A DNA stretch of 64,000 nt. Origin: Octopus sinensis. Taxonomy: Eukaryota. Positions 48,301 through 61,850 of the stretch are shown here, in pieces. The position numbers were made by a program, and so were the translations under genes. How positions within the stretch are numbered: the stretch's first letter is position 1; every line of letters begins with the position of its first letter. The notes beneath the pieces are model-generated. The model saw only the letters and a program-made list of their open reading frames with translations. It ran no database searches and had not been told where the DNA came from. The DNA is taken from the NCBI RefSeq assembly GCF_006345805.1, contig NC_042999.1, positions 67,952,001 to 68,016,000 on the forward strand. Direction: 5' to 3'.

Positions 48301-48680
48301 ACTTCGTTACATTCTAGCCAATTTCGAAAGTCTTATTGATAATTCACTCATCCCCTTTATAGAACAGTTATATTAATTCACTAGCCTGATCTGGTATATT
48401 GAATTAAAGGGCTGTGTTAAGCTCAGTTCAGACCATTCTATTATAGTATTTTTATATTTCATTTTTAATTCCATTCCAATGTTTATCTGAATTTAGCTAT
48501 CCTAGTTCAAATCATACCAATTAACTACTTACCGACTCAAAATACTATCTACTAATATTTACTTCATTGATTATAATATTATTTTCAATTACATTTTAAA
48601 TTTTCAGTTACAGATTTTAGATTTTAGATTTAAAAATTTAAATTATCATCATTATCCTTACTTCGAATTAATATTATGGC

Positions 48681-48729
<49 letters not shown>

Positions 48730-48734
48730 TCTTA

Positions 48735-48960
48735 TTCTTATCCTTATGTTTATTTTTGTCTTTAAATTTCTTTAAAAACGTCGAGTGTATCTTATGTGTG
48801 CAAGCCGGAATTGCATCAGTAAATTTATTTAGCATAGCATGATTGTAATTCTTTAAAATAGAGTATGCCTCCCTAATGCATAATCCACATCTAGTGGATC
48901 CGATTCCAAAGGGAGGGGCATGAGCCAGGATGGACCAAGATAATTTGAATTCTATACTCT
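48735..48960 (-). pseudogene. Penelope-like GIY-YIG C-terminal fragment
   Basis: KLSWSILAHAPPFGIGSTRCGLCIREAYSILKN...MLNK...ACTHK (W.IL..A.P...C.LC..E...I...LNK...C.H motif). Confidence 0.7.
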
Positions 48961-49087
48961 TGTCTGAACGCGTGGCATGGCACTGTGTGCCACGCGTTAG
49001 ATGTCGAAGTGGTCGCAGAACAACGTGAGACGAAGTGTTTTGTTGAAGAATACAACGCATCACCCGGTCTAGGAATTGAAATCACCC

Positions 49088-49121
<34 letters not shown>

Positions 49122-49351
49122 CTCTTTTACTTGTTTCAGCCATTTGACTGCCGCAATGCTGGAGCACCACCTAGGAATGTTTCTTCGAACAATTCGACAC
49201 TAGGACTTATTTTTAAGCCTAGCACTTCTTCTGTCGGTCTCTTTGCCGAACCACTAAGTTACGAAGGCGTAAACACACCAACACCGGTTGCCAAGCGATG
49301 ATGTGGAGGAGGGGAACAAACGACAACACAAAGATACACACACATAGATCC

Positions 49352-49413
<62 letters not shown>

Positions 49414-49593
49414 ATATATATAATATATATATATATATTATATATATATATATATATTATATATATATATATATATAATATATATATATATACAATGTAC
49501 TGTTCTGTGATAGAAAATTCAACAAAAATGTACATATGAAATTGTTAGTAGCACTTAAAAACATGTGTTGTATCCTTTAAATAAATTATATCT

Positions 49594-49633
<40 letters not shown>

Positions 49634-49647
49634 ACACACACACACAT

Positions 49648-49695
<48 letters not shown>

Positions 49696-51100
49696 CATGT
49701 TTTGTTTTTAAAGTGAAAGTTCGCGGGTAATTATTGATTTGCCAAAACACGTCGTGACGGTAAAAGTTTGGTAACTGCTGCTTTGTATTGATCTTGATTG
49801 AAGATGAAAGAGAAGTGAACAAGTTAATTAAAGGACGTCGAGCCGTCGAGGAAGTTCTATGGTTTAAGCAACTCACTCTCAGAATCTATTGCCAACCCGC
49901 CAGACTTGGCATAAACAAATTGAACACATCATCCGTATCAGTCTCATCGAACTAAAGAACTAAATACGTATCATTTTGATAAAAGAAAGCAAGGAAGAGT
50001 TAAGTAAATTGTTTTTCAAATAATTATCTAAAATCAAAATGGAATATAAAAAAATAAAAAATAACGAATTTATTTAATTAAGCATTCCTTTGACTATTCT
50101 AACAAACGCAGAACAAAGCTACACAACGGCAACGATATTCATTCATATCTCGAGTAAATCCTCACTGTCTGTGACAAGTCACTTCACTTGAAGATTATAA
50201 ACGTGTGTAACAGAAGTTTAGGAGGAAATCGATAAAATTGTCTGTTTATTCTAGTCTCTTTGCTTTGTTGAAGTTTCTTGCAAAATGGATTTCTGATGAG
50301 AATCCAAAGTGTTGAAGTTCGATATTGGATTTATTTTATCGATTGCTTCTTTTTTTTTTTTAATAAAATAAAACTAATAAGCTATCGATTGTCGCAGGAA
50401 GTTGTTTTAGTATAGCAAATATTACGATCATTGCTATGCAAACTTGTGTTATTGTTGGTAAATACGGCAATCGCATCATATTCCCGTTGTTGTGTGAATT
50501 AACGCTTTTGGGAGTAAATACAGCAATCATAACTTGTTTTCTCTGTGGTATGAAGGTAGATTTTTTTTAATGAAAATATAACTATCTTTGTGTTATTTTC
50601 ATTGTAAAGCTGTGGATATGTTGCTGCGATCATTATTTTATTATCGCTGTAATACGAAAAAACATTACTGTTGTAGATATAAGCAATTGTATCTTATTCT
50701 CGTTGTAGCATGCAGAGATTTTATTATGGAAAATAGAACAATCATAACTTATTATATGTTATAAAATTTTTATGCTTTGCGACGAGCTGGCAAAACTGTT
50801 AGCACGCCGAGCAAAATGCTTAGCATTTTCCCGACTTGACATTACCTTTCATCTTTTAGGGGTCGATAAAGAAAGTGCCTGTTTAACACGGATGGGGTTC
50901 AATGTTATGGACTAACCCCACTTCTCTCGAAATTCCTGGCCTAGTGCCAAATTTTGAAATCAGTTTTGTCATGCCTTGCTTATATACATTTATAATGTGT
51001 ATGTAAACTAGTGACGGCACCAACTGTGATTTTTTCAAAGAGAAACTTCTCGAAGGGACATATGTGCTAAAAGAGAGCTTTGCTTAGAACGTCGGTGGAT

Positions 51101-51144
51101 CACCAGACACAGTGTTTCGATATGGTTTCGTCACCTCAGTGATG
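51101..51144 (-). ncRNA. Degenerate hammerhead motif (A9 lost)
   Basis: CAUCA-CUGAGG(U)-GA...UC-GAAA-CACUGUG-UC/UGGUG, enclosed by an outer helix gaacgtc.gtgg/ccac.gacgttc. Confidence 0.45.
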
Positions 51145-51517
51145 AATACCACGGACGTTCTGAGTTAAGTTGAAAAATGGATGTTCTAGAACAGAAATCG
51201 ACGAAAAAGACATTTACTGATTTGTGTAAACGCTAGCCAGGCAAGAATTAAATTAATTTACGCAAATGAAACAGGCTTAGATTAAAATAACGATACCTAC
51301 ACACATTTATAATTCATATACAAAGATAGAACAACAGTAGCTGTAGATTTTTGACTCACAGAAATTTCTTAAAGAGACTTTTGTATTAAAAGACACTGAT
51401 GAATAAAATCTACCGGCGTTGTGACCGAGGCCTGTGTTTTTAACGCAAAACTCTTTGAAAAGTTTCTCTGAGACAAAATGTTACAGGTATTGCAGTTTCA
51501 CATTTATATACTCACAT

Positions 51518-51578
<61 letters not shown>

Positions 51579-51689
51579 GAAACATCAGGAAGGAAAAGCA
51601 CCCGAAAGAGACTTGATTGTTGGAAACTGGTACAAGAAGTTAACCTTCGACCGACCATATCTTATCAACCTGTACTAGCAAGCTCCTAA

Positions 51690-52330
51690 TAGAAATAGTA
51701 TTATACCACACTGGTTGGTTCTGGCAGAGACAAAACTGGTCCTCAAATGTAGAACCACCCACACGTTAACATTTATAACAAAAGCAGACTATCATGGACC
51801 AACAACCGGATTACTAAATCCCACTTTGAAGAGTATGCATTTGCAATTCAGGAACAGGAAATAACCAAATTCCTGATGCGCAAAAGGGACAGAGACGCAA
51901 AATTTATGGAGTTGTCCGAAAATATCATCACGGTTTTATCTGCCAATGACACACGATGTTGTGGCCAAGACACTGTATTAGGAAATCCACCGGAAGGATA
52001 AACCTGAGGCTAAAGAAATAAGAACTCACAGTATGGTAGAAGTCGTAGTCACTCATAATGAGTACTGGTAGAATATCGCACTGAAAACCTCAATGAAATG
52101 TAAACATAATACATAGTGTCATAGTGATTTGTGACAGACAAAAGAAACTGTGCACAGTTGTGAAAATCAGCTGCCTGGCGGATGTTAACATAAAGCTAAA
52201 GATCAGAGAGAAAGAGAATACCTAGACTGGAGTATTGAGAAACCTACAGTTACTCTGCTCAGATTACAAGTTCAGTTTTATACCTGTAATTGGGATATGT
52301 AACACACTGCCTAAGAACCAATCTTGAGAA
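51690..52330 (+). mobile_element. Degenerate RLE non-LTR fragments
   Basis: PHFEEYAFAIQEQEITKFLMRKRDR and SCPKISSRFYLPMTHDVVAKTLY in shifted frames. Confidence 0.65.
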
Positions 52331-52764
52331 ATTTGGCTTTTCAAAACTAGGCGAAAGCTTATTCGAAAACTACAGATCCAAGCCATTACTGAAACTATAA
52401 AAATCTGTAAAATTGGTTTCACTTGTTAATATCTACGTATGCAAACACGCAGATATCTGCAAGTGAAACCAATGGTACGTAGGTAATCGTTTTTTTTTTA
52501 TTTCGTATAGTTTCATTTGTCTTGCTCATTTTTACATTTTGACGTTTTGCTGAGACTTTTTCTTGAGAACACATTCTTCGTGGTAATGACGATTTGACAT
52601 CTATGTTTAGCATATATATGGTGTCCACTTTAGTGGTCATTCCTCTAAATTTTGTATGTAACACAATTTTTAATCTTCGGACTTTTAAATATGCTAAGCC
52701 ACTGGTTTTAATTGATTAATATCAATTTCTACCCTTATTATTTAATTTTATTTATATATATATA

Positions 52765-53505
52765 TTAGGTTATCCCATAAATGATGCAGGTTTTTCAATT
52801 GCATGAAAAGTCGGAGCGAGACGGGATAAACTACCTACATCAACTTGCAATAAAAATAGAAAACAAAGCACGCAACTCTGTACATGCAATTTTACCTTGC
52901 CTTATTCTTAGTGCAAATTTTGAAGAGTGCAGTTCGATTTTAACAGTTATTTTTTCAAAGCTATAATGGAAGTGGCAAAGAAGCATATTCAGCATATTTG
53001 GCTTTATGAGTTCAATAAAGGCAACAAATCATCGGCAAGTGCGAGGAATATTAATGTAGTATATGGGGAATCGGACAATAAGCGTAAGCCAGTGTCAACG
53101 GTGGTTCCAGAAATTCCGAGCCTCGTCCGGGAAGACCTGTAGAGCTTGACGAGGATATCCTGTAAGTCCTGGTAGAACAAAACTCCATCGTAACAGTTGA
53201 GGAACTATCAGAGAAGTTTGGATTTGGTCAGTCAACCATTCATCGGCACCTGCATGCCATCGGAAAAGTTAGCGAAATGGGTCAATGGGTTCCTCACAAA
53301 CTTCCCGAATCTAATCGCGCGCAGAGAGTGAATGTGCGCTCTTCTTTGCAGTCATGTCGCACGCTTAAACCTTTTTTGGACTGAATAGTGACTAGTGACG
53401 AGAAATGGGTTCTCTATAAAAATGTCAAGTCCAGTAAACTGTAGGTAGGGAAAGGAGGCCCCACCCCCACCCCGGCTAAAGATGGTCTTCATCGTCCTCA
53501 GTAAA
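52765..53505 (+). mobile_element. Mariner transposon, 5' half, degenerate
   Basis: TA then TTAGGTTATCCC terminus; HIWLYEFNKG..SASARNINVVYGE, GQWVPHKL, IVTSDEKWVLY (first catalytic D). Confidence 0.8.
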
Positions 53506-54573
53506 GATTATAGAGTGTAAGTTTAAATTATTTGACTACTACCAAGTGTTTTCGATATAGCGATCATTACAATCTGACCTAAACACAAAAGTCTAAACAC
53601 AAAAATACATAAACAATAGCGATTCAGCTGAAAAAAGTTAAAGAAATTTTTTTAAATGTTTACGGAAATTACTGAACAAATGCAGGGTACAGCAGAAAGG
53701 TTGCTCCCGATTTCAAAGGTTAATAAATAAATAAAAACACATGAAGATACGAGAAAAAACGATGCTCTCCGCTCCAGGCCATGGTAGGCATTATCAAAAG
53801 CAGAAAAGACAAAATGGCATTTAATAAGCTTCATAGAAATACAAAGTTTTTTTATGCATCTTCATGTGTTTGTTTTTTATTAACCTTTGAAATCTGGGCA
53901 ACATTTCTGCCGCACCTTGTACTTTCACTTTTAATATACTTTCTCCGAAAGATCACCTCCTTGTTCGCATCATTTGTGTTATGTCTCACACCCCAGATTC
54001 CGTACCGGTATTCTTCTCCACAAATTACAGCTTCTCAGACTTTTCTCTTCACTCGTGTCTTTCCATCAGATGTGATTGACACAAAAAAATGAACAAAAAC
54101 AAAAAAACAACAATTTAGGTTGAACATTAATCATATAAATTTCAGCTATCACAGATATAAAAAAAATGCAGAAATCACTAATATTGTCCTTCCAGTCATG
54201 ACTAATTAAGACAAGAAGAAAAGTTAATCACACACATTCTATACCTTGTTCATTACTATGCCTGTATTTACTGCACCCCCCACACACACATACACACATC
54301 TAATACACTATATACGTACATTTATATGTGTGTGTTTGCATGTACGTATGCCCACACGCGTGTGCGTATGTGTGTATGTAGTAATTAAAAAGTCTACCAA
54401 AATATTGATATTGTGAACGCATTCAATACGTACGTTCCAGATTACTTTTGCAAGAACAAGAAATTCGTCTCTTACACAACTTTTTCAGTTATGTGTATGC
54501 AAAGGTGTGTGTGTGTGTGTGTGCACATGTATGTATGCACATATATACCTCTCTCTGTGTATATATATACATA

Positions 54574-55735
54574 CAGTTGCGGCCAAAATGTTCAGAACGG
54601 CATTGTTTTCACCAGAAAAGTAGGTATAAGTTTTTATTAAAGTTGTTTTATGTCCTATAATTTTCACAGACAATAAATACAATATTAATTGTTATTGTCT
54701 GAGATTTTGGTATAATTTGAGAGGATAATACAAAAGTTATGGATGATTTACTGATTTACTGCAAAACCCATGGCGGCCAAAATGATCAGAACGGTTGAAA
54801 AAATAACAAAATAATCAAAAATGACAGAGAATACTGGAATTATTTAATATTTAGTGTGAAGCCCTTTAGCTTCAATCACACTTTGACATCTTCGACTGCA
54901 TGAGGAAATTAAATTTTCAATTTCTTGCTAGGTGATCTATATTCCATTCTTCCTGAAGGGCATTCCATAATTGCTCGATTGTTTTAGGATTTCTGGCTTT
55001 CGAACGTTCTCCTAGAATATTCCACACATATTCAATAGGATTGAGATCTGGGCTTTGAGCAGGCCAATCCATAATAATAACCTTTTCAGCCTTGAGGAAG
55101 TTCATGACCACCTTAACCTTGTGACATGGGACATTGTCCTGCATGAATATGGGTGGTCGCTTAGTTGAATTTCTCAGCACAGGCAAGACATGACCTTTTA
55201 CAAGTTGTTTATAAACTCCTGCATTTACCTTTCCATGTAATCGCATCAAAGGGCCCACACCATCTCCAGATATCATCCTCCAAACCATGACACTTCCTCC
55301 ACCGAATTTAACACTAGTCTTAAGTCATTTCGGTGACAATTTTTCACCTACTTTTCAATGAACGTACCTTTTTCCATCTGAGCCAAATAACATAAACTTA
55401 GATTCATCACTGAAATGCACCGTTTGCCATTTTTCTTGAGACCACAACACATGTTCGGTTGCAAAGGTAAGACGACACTTTTTATTTTTGGAGCTGATCA
55501 GTGGCTTCACTGCAGATGATCTTGCTTGTAGGTTATGTTCAACTAAACGATGAGACACAGTTTTTCGAAATAAAGTTTTCTTCAGTACAATGCTCATTTC
55601 CCGAGAAACAGCAGCAGCAGTTTTAAATCTGTCCTTTTTAACCAACTTTACCATAGCACGATCTTCTCTCTTGGTCGTTTTTCTTGGCCTACCTGTAAAC
55701 TTTCTTGCTTCACATGAACCACAATCATCGAAGAC
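54574..55735 (-). mobile_element. Tc1 (DD34E) transposon, other end truncated by a P1 element
   Basis: TA then CAGTTGCGGCCAAAATG terminus with an internal direct repeat at about 54773; FSDESKF, FMQDN...SPDLNPIE with 34 residues between D and E; frameshifted. Confidence 0.9.
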
Positions 55736-55748
55736 CTTAAGAAAAAGT

Positions 55749-55784
55749 CTTTAACGTTTCGAGCCTACGCCCTTCCACAGAAAG
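55749..55784 (-). ncRNA. Minimal hammerhead motif, CUGUGGA core, in a P1 copy (55736-55850)
   Basis: CUUU-CUGUGGA-A-GGGC-GUAG-GCUC-GAAA-CG-UU/AAAG; the stem II change A to G keeps a G-U pair. Confidence 0.6.
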
Positions 55785-56165
55785 GACCACAGAAAGAAAA
55801 AGGGAGAGAAAATAAAGAATGTGTTGTGGCTAGCGATCTAGAATGGATGAAGTTCAAATCAGGCAGACAAGGATTAACACATACATATGCGGGTTTAGTT
55901 TAGGGTAAAATGAGAATTATCCAAACCGAAATATATATTGATATATTATAGATATAAAAATATATGAATACTAAAAATATACATGGACATATAGGTATAT
56001 AGAGATATAAACATACTAATAATAGAGTATAGATAAAATAGTGAAATAAAAAAAAATATAATATGGCTTAGTAATAGGCATTAAAAAGAGTTTGGGGTTA
56101 CATGTTAAATGAAATAGAGTTTTCCGACGATCGATTCTGGAGCTCGTCCCTAAGAAAATTATAAC

Positions 56166-56247
<82 letters not shown>

Positions 56248-56484
56248 CTCTTACTCTTTACTCTTTTACTTGCTTCAGTCATTTGACTGTGGCCATGCTG
56301 GAGCACCGCCTTTATTCGAGCAAATCGACCCCCAGGACTTATTCTTTGTAAGCCTAGTACTTATTCTATCGATCTCCTTTGCCGAACCGCTAAATGACGG
56401 GGATGTAAACACACCAGCATCGGTTGTCAAGCGATGGTAAGGGGAAAAACAGACACACAAACATACACACACATACATACATAC

Positions 56485-56540
<56 letters not shown>

Positions 56541-56541
56541 T

Positions 56542-56580
56542 CTAGCATTATGACCCGTCGTTGCCGGGTCATAGTACTAG
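56542..56580. repeat. 39-bp hairpin bounded by CTAG on both sides (Helitron 3'-end-like)
   Basis: ctagcattatgacccg-tcgttgc-cgggtcatagtactag; 16-bp arms with 2 mismatches. Confidence 0.6.
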
Positions 56581-57399
56581 TGCATGTATATATGTGTATA
56601 TATATGTGTACACATTACATGTACATCTATATATATATATATACATCTACACATAAAATACAAAATACAAAGTTATATCTTGATATCGCTAGTGATAACA
56701 ATACTCAAAATATATAACAGACTGGAATTGTAAGCCCGTCTCTTGCAATTTCGATCAATTGTATCTTGTCCTCCCTCTTGTATAGAAGTGTGGCTACAAT
56801 CCAGCCTACCTCTACTTCTTGGGGGGGGGGGCATTTTAAATTTTTATCTGGCACATCCTACGTCCCAGATATAAAGGTAAAAATAAAATATTTCCACTTT
56901 GCAAGTTCGAGACGAGTACTCCCTTGCACGCTCCGTTGACTCGAACCTTGCTTCTATTGTGGCGAATTTACCGCCTCTGGTTAGATATCTTTCATAGTCG
57001 CACCAAGACACTTTTCGATGGTGCTTTCCTCCAGGTGTTCAAATCTTCTTTTTTCTCTACATTGTATACTTTATAGACAATAGTCCTTTCTTTAATTTAA
57101 TTTTTTATTATCCATCTGGAATATTCCATTTCTGTACGCTAATTATATTTTTAATTTATTCCCATTCATGTGAAACCACTTATTCAAGTTCAAATCATTG
57201 ATGCAATTTTATACCAATTGCTATTTTTACTTTTGTATGTTACGATTATATTATACTTTAATTTGATTTTAATTATTACTTACTACATATAATTCAATTG
57301 TTATTATTATTTTTATTGTTAAAGTGAAAGCATCTGACATAAAATAAATATTTTTGTTTCACTTTTAACAAGTAATACTGAAATAGTGGAGAAGATATG

Positions 57400-57570
57400 A
57401 TATTGCTATGGGCTCGCTCTAGGCAAGAAGTTGAACTTGTTTTTGTCCATGAAACTACATGGACCCTAAGTAAAGCATGTATAAAATTTGAATGAAATTG
57501 GTTGTGTAGTTCTCAAGTTTTAGGGAAACATACAGACAGACACACATTCTCAGTTTTATATATATAAAGA
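57400..57570 (-). mobile_element. Helitron-like non-autonomous element, 5' end
   Basis: Minus strand starts A then TCTTTATATATATAAAACTGAGAATGTGTGTCTGTCTG, a typical non-autonomous Helitron start; full extent uncertain. Confidence 0.5.
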
Positions 57571-58242
57571 TGTATGTATGTATGTATGTATGTATGTATG
57601 TATGTATGTATGTATGTATGTATGTATGTATGTATGTATGTATTTATGTATGCATGTATGTATATATGCATGCATGTATATATGTATGTATATATATAAT
57701 TGCTGCTTTGAAGTAGTACCTACCACTTAATTTTTACCATTGCACATCTCTTAAACTTGGCTTACTGTTTCTTGGTCATTCGTAATTGTGTGTGTGTGCG
57801 TGTGCACGCGTTTGTGTCTTTAATGTGCTTAGTTTTTTTTTGGTTTTTTTAAGTGTTTTTTTCCGCACTTCGTCATTTTCTTTTTCTTTTTGTTACGCTT
57901 AATTATATCATAAAGCATGCTTCATTGAAGGTCACGGCATCTGTGTGAGGCTTAAATGTCCGTGTTAACATTTAAGTAACCTTACCAGGCACTCACACAA
58001 CCACCACCAGAATATTTTGAGTCAATGAAACAGTCTCTACCTGGTCGTCCGGTCTACAAGAAATAGCAGCCAAAACCCCATCCTACACGCTAGTGTCTTT
58101 AAAAAACGCATATCCCATTGTTACCTACTCTACATTAAAACCAGAAACCAACTCTGACCCCCACTACAGCAAAATAAAAAGGGAACTCGATGATTCTCCT
58201 TAATCGTAGAAATAGTCCATAACATTATAAGATATATGTATA

Positions 58243-58427
58243 CCGTATCTTAATGTGTATAAGGAACCATTGTGTATTAGGAACCCCCTAATTAGGGGGG
58301 GGGTTAAAATTTGGAAAAAAGGCTTTGTAAAGGATTATAATACTATTCATGTATAAGAAACTCCCTAATTTTTAAACCTAATTTTTGACAAAAAAAAGTG
58401 GGTTTCCTTATACACGTTAAAATACGG
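58243..58427. mobile_element. MITE with ~28-bp TIRs and TA target duplication (Tc1/pogo-derived)
   Basis: TA + ccgtatcttaatgtgtataaggaacc ... ggtttccttatacacgttaaaatacgg + TA. Confidence 0.85.
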
Positions 58428-58679
58428 TATGTCATATGTGCATTACCCATTTTCCATCTTCGATCTCGTTTGCATCAGGCGTCACGGATACGAAACTTCG
58501 TAACAAAATCAGTACTGGTTATAATTTCTACAGGAAATCTGTAGCGTTAATCTAAACGAGTAATGTAAGGGCACTGCTAACACAGTAGAACATGGTATTG
58601 ACTTATAAACACGTTTAATATACTTTGCAGTATATTATGATTGCATAACGAAATACGGTGTCCCTGCTCGTCATAAATA

Positions 58680-59460
58680 TTCTTTTCTACTCTAGGCATA
58701 AGGCCTCCCCCCTCTCGGCGAAATTTTGGGGTAGGGGGCCAGTCGATTAGATCGTCCCTAGTGTGCAACGAGCATTTAATTTATCGACCTCGAAAGGATG
58801 AAAGGTAAAGTCGACCTCGGCGGAATTTGAACTCAGAACGTAGCGGCAGACGAAATACCTATTTCTTTACTACCCACAAGGGGCTAAACACACAGAAGAC
58901 AAACAAGGACAGACAAACGGATTAAGTCGATTACATCGACCCCAGTGCGTAACTGGTACTTAATTTATCGACTCCGAAAGGATGAAAGGCAAAGTCGACA
59001 TCGGCGGAATTTGAACTCAGAACGTAGCGGCAGACGAAATACCTATTTCTTTACTACCCACAAGGGGCTAAACACACAGAAGACAAACAAGGACAGACAA
59101 ACGGATTAAGTCGATTACATCGACCCCAGTGCGTAACTGGTACTTAATTTATCGACTCCGAAAGGATGAAAGGCAAAGTCGACATCGGCGGAATTTGAAC
59201 TCAGAACGTAGCGGCAGACGAAATACCTATTTCTTTACTATCCACAAGGGGCTAAACACAGAGAGGACAAACAAGGACAGACAAATGGATTAAGTCGATT
59301 ACATCGACCCCCAGTGCGTAACTGACACTTAATTTATCGACTCCGAAAGGATGAAAGGCAAAGTCGACCTCGGCGGAATTTGAACTCAGAACGTAAAAAC
59401 AGACGAAATACCGCTAAGTATTTCGCTCGGCGTGCTAACGTTTCTGCCAGCTCACCGCCT
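58680..59460 (-). mobile_element. SINE family B concatemer, 184-bp period
   Basis: Identical junctions after 58859, 59043 and 59227; single head at about 59410-59460. Confidence 0.92.
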
Positions 59461-59904
59461 TATAAGTCATAAATATTGAAGAATTAATATGTCCAGTAAT
59501 GCAATCCTAGATACATTGATCAAAAAGAGAGAAAAGACATGCGAAATAGCTATCATTTTAACGGGTTTTCGCTGCAGATAGCTTTTGCCTGCCTTCCCTC
59601 CATAGTTTGATAAAAGAAAGTACCGTTCAAATATTGGGAACGATTTAATCGATTGACATTACACTCGCTCCTTGGATATAACTGTCTCCAGCCCTAGGAA
59701 TCATAAGCACTTTTTTTATAGCTTATAAGTGACCGCGATCACCAACATCGCAAGTCCATCGCAAGGTTGATATTTTACAGCTGAGTTGATATTTTACTTC
59801 TGCGCAATGTGAAACGAAGTGTTTTGTTCAAGTATTATTTGGATTATCATTAGTATTTTCATTAGTATTATCATTGTTATAATCAGTATTATTAAGGCGG
59901 CGAA

Positions 59905-60960
59905 AGGTGACGAGCTGGCAGAAACGTTAGCACGCCGGGCGAAATGTGTAGCTGTATTTCGTCCGCCGTTACGTTCTGAGTTCAAATTCCGCCGAGGTCA
60001 ACTTTGCCTTTCATCCTTTCGGGGTCGATTAAATAAGTACCAGTTACGCACTGGGGTCGATATAATCGACTTAATCCGTTTGTCTGTCCTTGTTTGTCCC
60101 CTCTGTGGGTAGCCCCTTGTGGGCAGTAAGGAAATAAGAAACGTTAGCACCCCAGGTAAATACTCGTCCGTCTTTACGTTCTGAGTTCAAATTCTGCCGA
60201 GGTCGAATTTACCTTTCATCATTTCATGGTCGATAAATTAAGTACCAGTGAAACACTTGGGTCGATGTAATCGACTAGTCCCCTCCCCCAAAATTTCAGG
60301 CCTTGTGCCTTTAGTTCAAAGGATTATTAAGGCAGCGAAATGCAGCGAGCTGGCAGAAACGTTAGCACGCCGGACAAAATACTTAGCGGCATTTCGTTCG
60401 TCTTTACGTTCTGAGTTCAAATTCCGCCGAGGTGGAATTTACCTTTTATTCTTTCGGGTCGATAAAATAAGCATTAATTGAGCACTGGGGCCGATGTAAT
60501 CCACTTATCCCTAACCCCTAACTCACTGGCCTTGTGCCAAAATTTGAACCCCATTATTAAGGCATCATACGGCGGTGAGCTGGCAGGATGGTGAGCGGGC
60601 CGGGCAAAATGCTCTGTAGCATTTCGTACGTCTTTATGTTCTGAGTTCAAATTCCGCCGGGATCGAATTCCCTTTCATTTTTTTCGGGGTCAATAAAATA
60701 CGTACCAGCTGAGCACTGGGGCCGATGTAATCGACTTAACTCCTCTCTTGAAATTGCTGGTCTTGCGCCAAAGTTTGAAACCCATTAAGGCAGTGAACCA
60801 GAAGAATCGTTAAAACGCCAGCAAAATGCTTAACGGTATATCTTCTGTCTCTTTATGTTTTACGTCTGAATGCCATCGAGATCAACTTTACCATTCATCC
60901 TTTCGGGGTCGATAAATTAAGTACGAGTTCAGCACTGGAATCCATGTAATCGGATTTCTC
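59905..60960 (+). mobile_element. Cluster of about 5 head-to-tail SINE B-type copies of differing age
   Basis: Repeated gcgagctggcagaaacgttagc...gagttcaaattcc...gtcgataa units. Confidence 0.85.
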
Positions 60961-61396
60961 CTTCCCTCAAAATGGAATCAGTTTTACGGTTTTGCAATTG
61001 TGAAATCATTATCATCCTAAGATCTAGGCCACGTTCCTTGTCGACCAAAACCCTCTCTCTATAATTGGTGGTTTTGTGTCAAAATTTGAAACATTTAATC
61101 ACGATAAGTCAAAAGTCCCTTGAACATCAATATAAACTGGTTAACAATTGAGGCCAGTTCAGATTATTTGAGGTCAGGCACATTCCTTAATGTATGTGTC
61201 GTCTTGCTACCCTCTATCTCTTGCTTACCCTTTACTTCCTCACACTTCACCTCATACTTCACTCACTTTCTTACTGCATTCCGTAAACCTCCTCGACTTC
61301 ATTTCTCCCATTGACTCCTAGAATTAGCAATTAAATCTCTCTTAAATCGCAACTATATTCTTTAAAGAGGATGGAAACATTAGATAATGTAGTCCG

Positions 61397-61469
<73 letters not shown>

Positions 61470-61470
<1 letters not shown>

Positions 61471-61786
61471 TTGCTACCTAACTCAGATACCAGGAAACCC
61501 CAAAATGGCATAAATTCAAAAGATAGTGCTCATGGGAACTGCTCACATCCTACGCAAAATACTCTCTATGTAATCCCAAGGTTTAAAGCAAACTTTTTTT
61601 TATTTTTATTTTTATTTTTTATTATTTTTTTAATTTTATTTTTATGTATTAGACATTCACTAGTACAACACCAAAAAAAAAAAAAACCCAAATATATGGC
61701 ACAGAACTTCCAGCCTGTTGTCTCTTGAGGTCTCTGGGTGAGACTTGGAGCCAACTTGTACAGACATAAAGCAAAAGTCAAACATA

Positions 61787-61790
<4 letters not shown>
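61470..61790 (+). mobile_element. Dong-like 3' end and UTR between (AAT)n tracts
   Basis: YLTQIPGNPKMA*IQKIVLMGTAHILRKILSM*, then UTR ending aaacatag followed by aataat. Confidence 0.75.

Positions 61791-61850
<60 letters not shown>

Noticed and set aside
58770-59460. Regularly spaced repeats resembling a CRISPR array (also 3200-4015)
   Set aside because: Units are identical along their whole length with no unique spacers; they are SINE concatemers in eukaryotic DNA.
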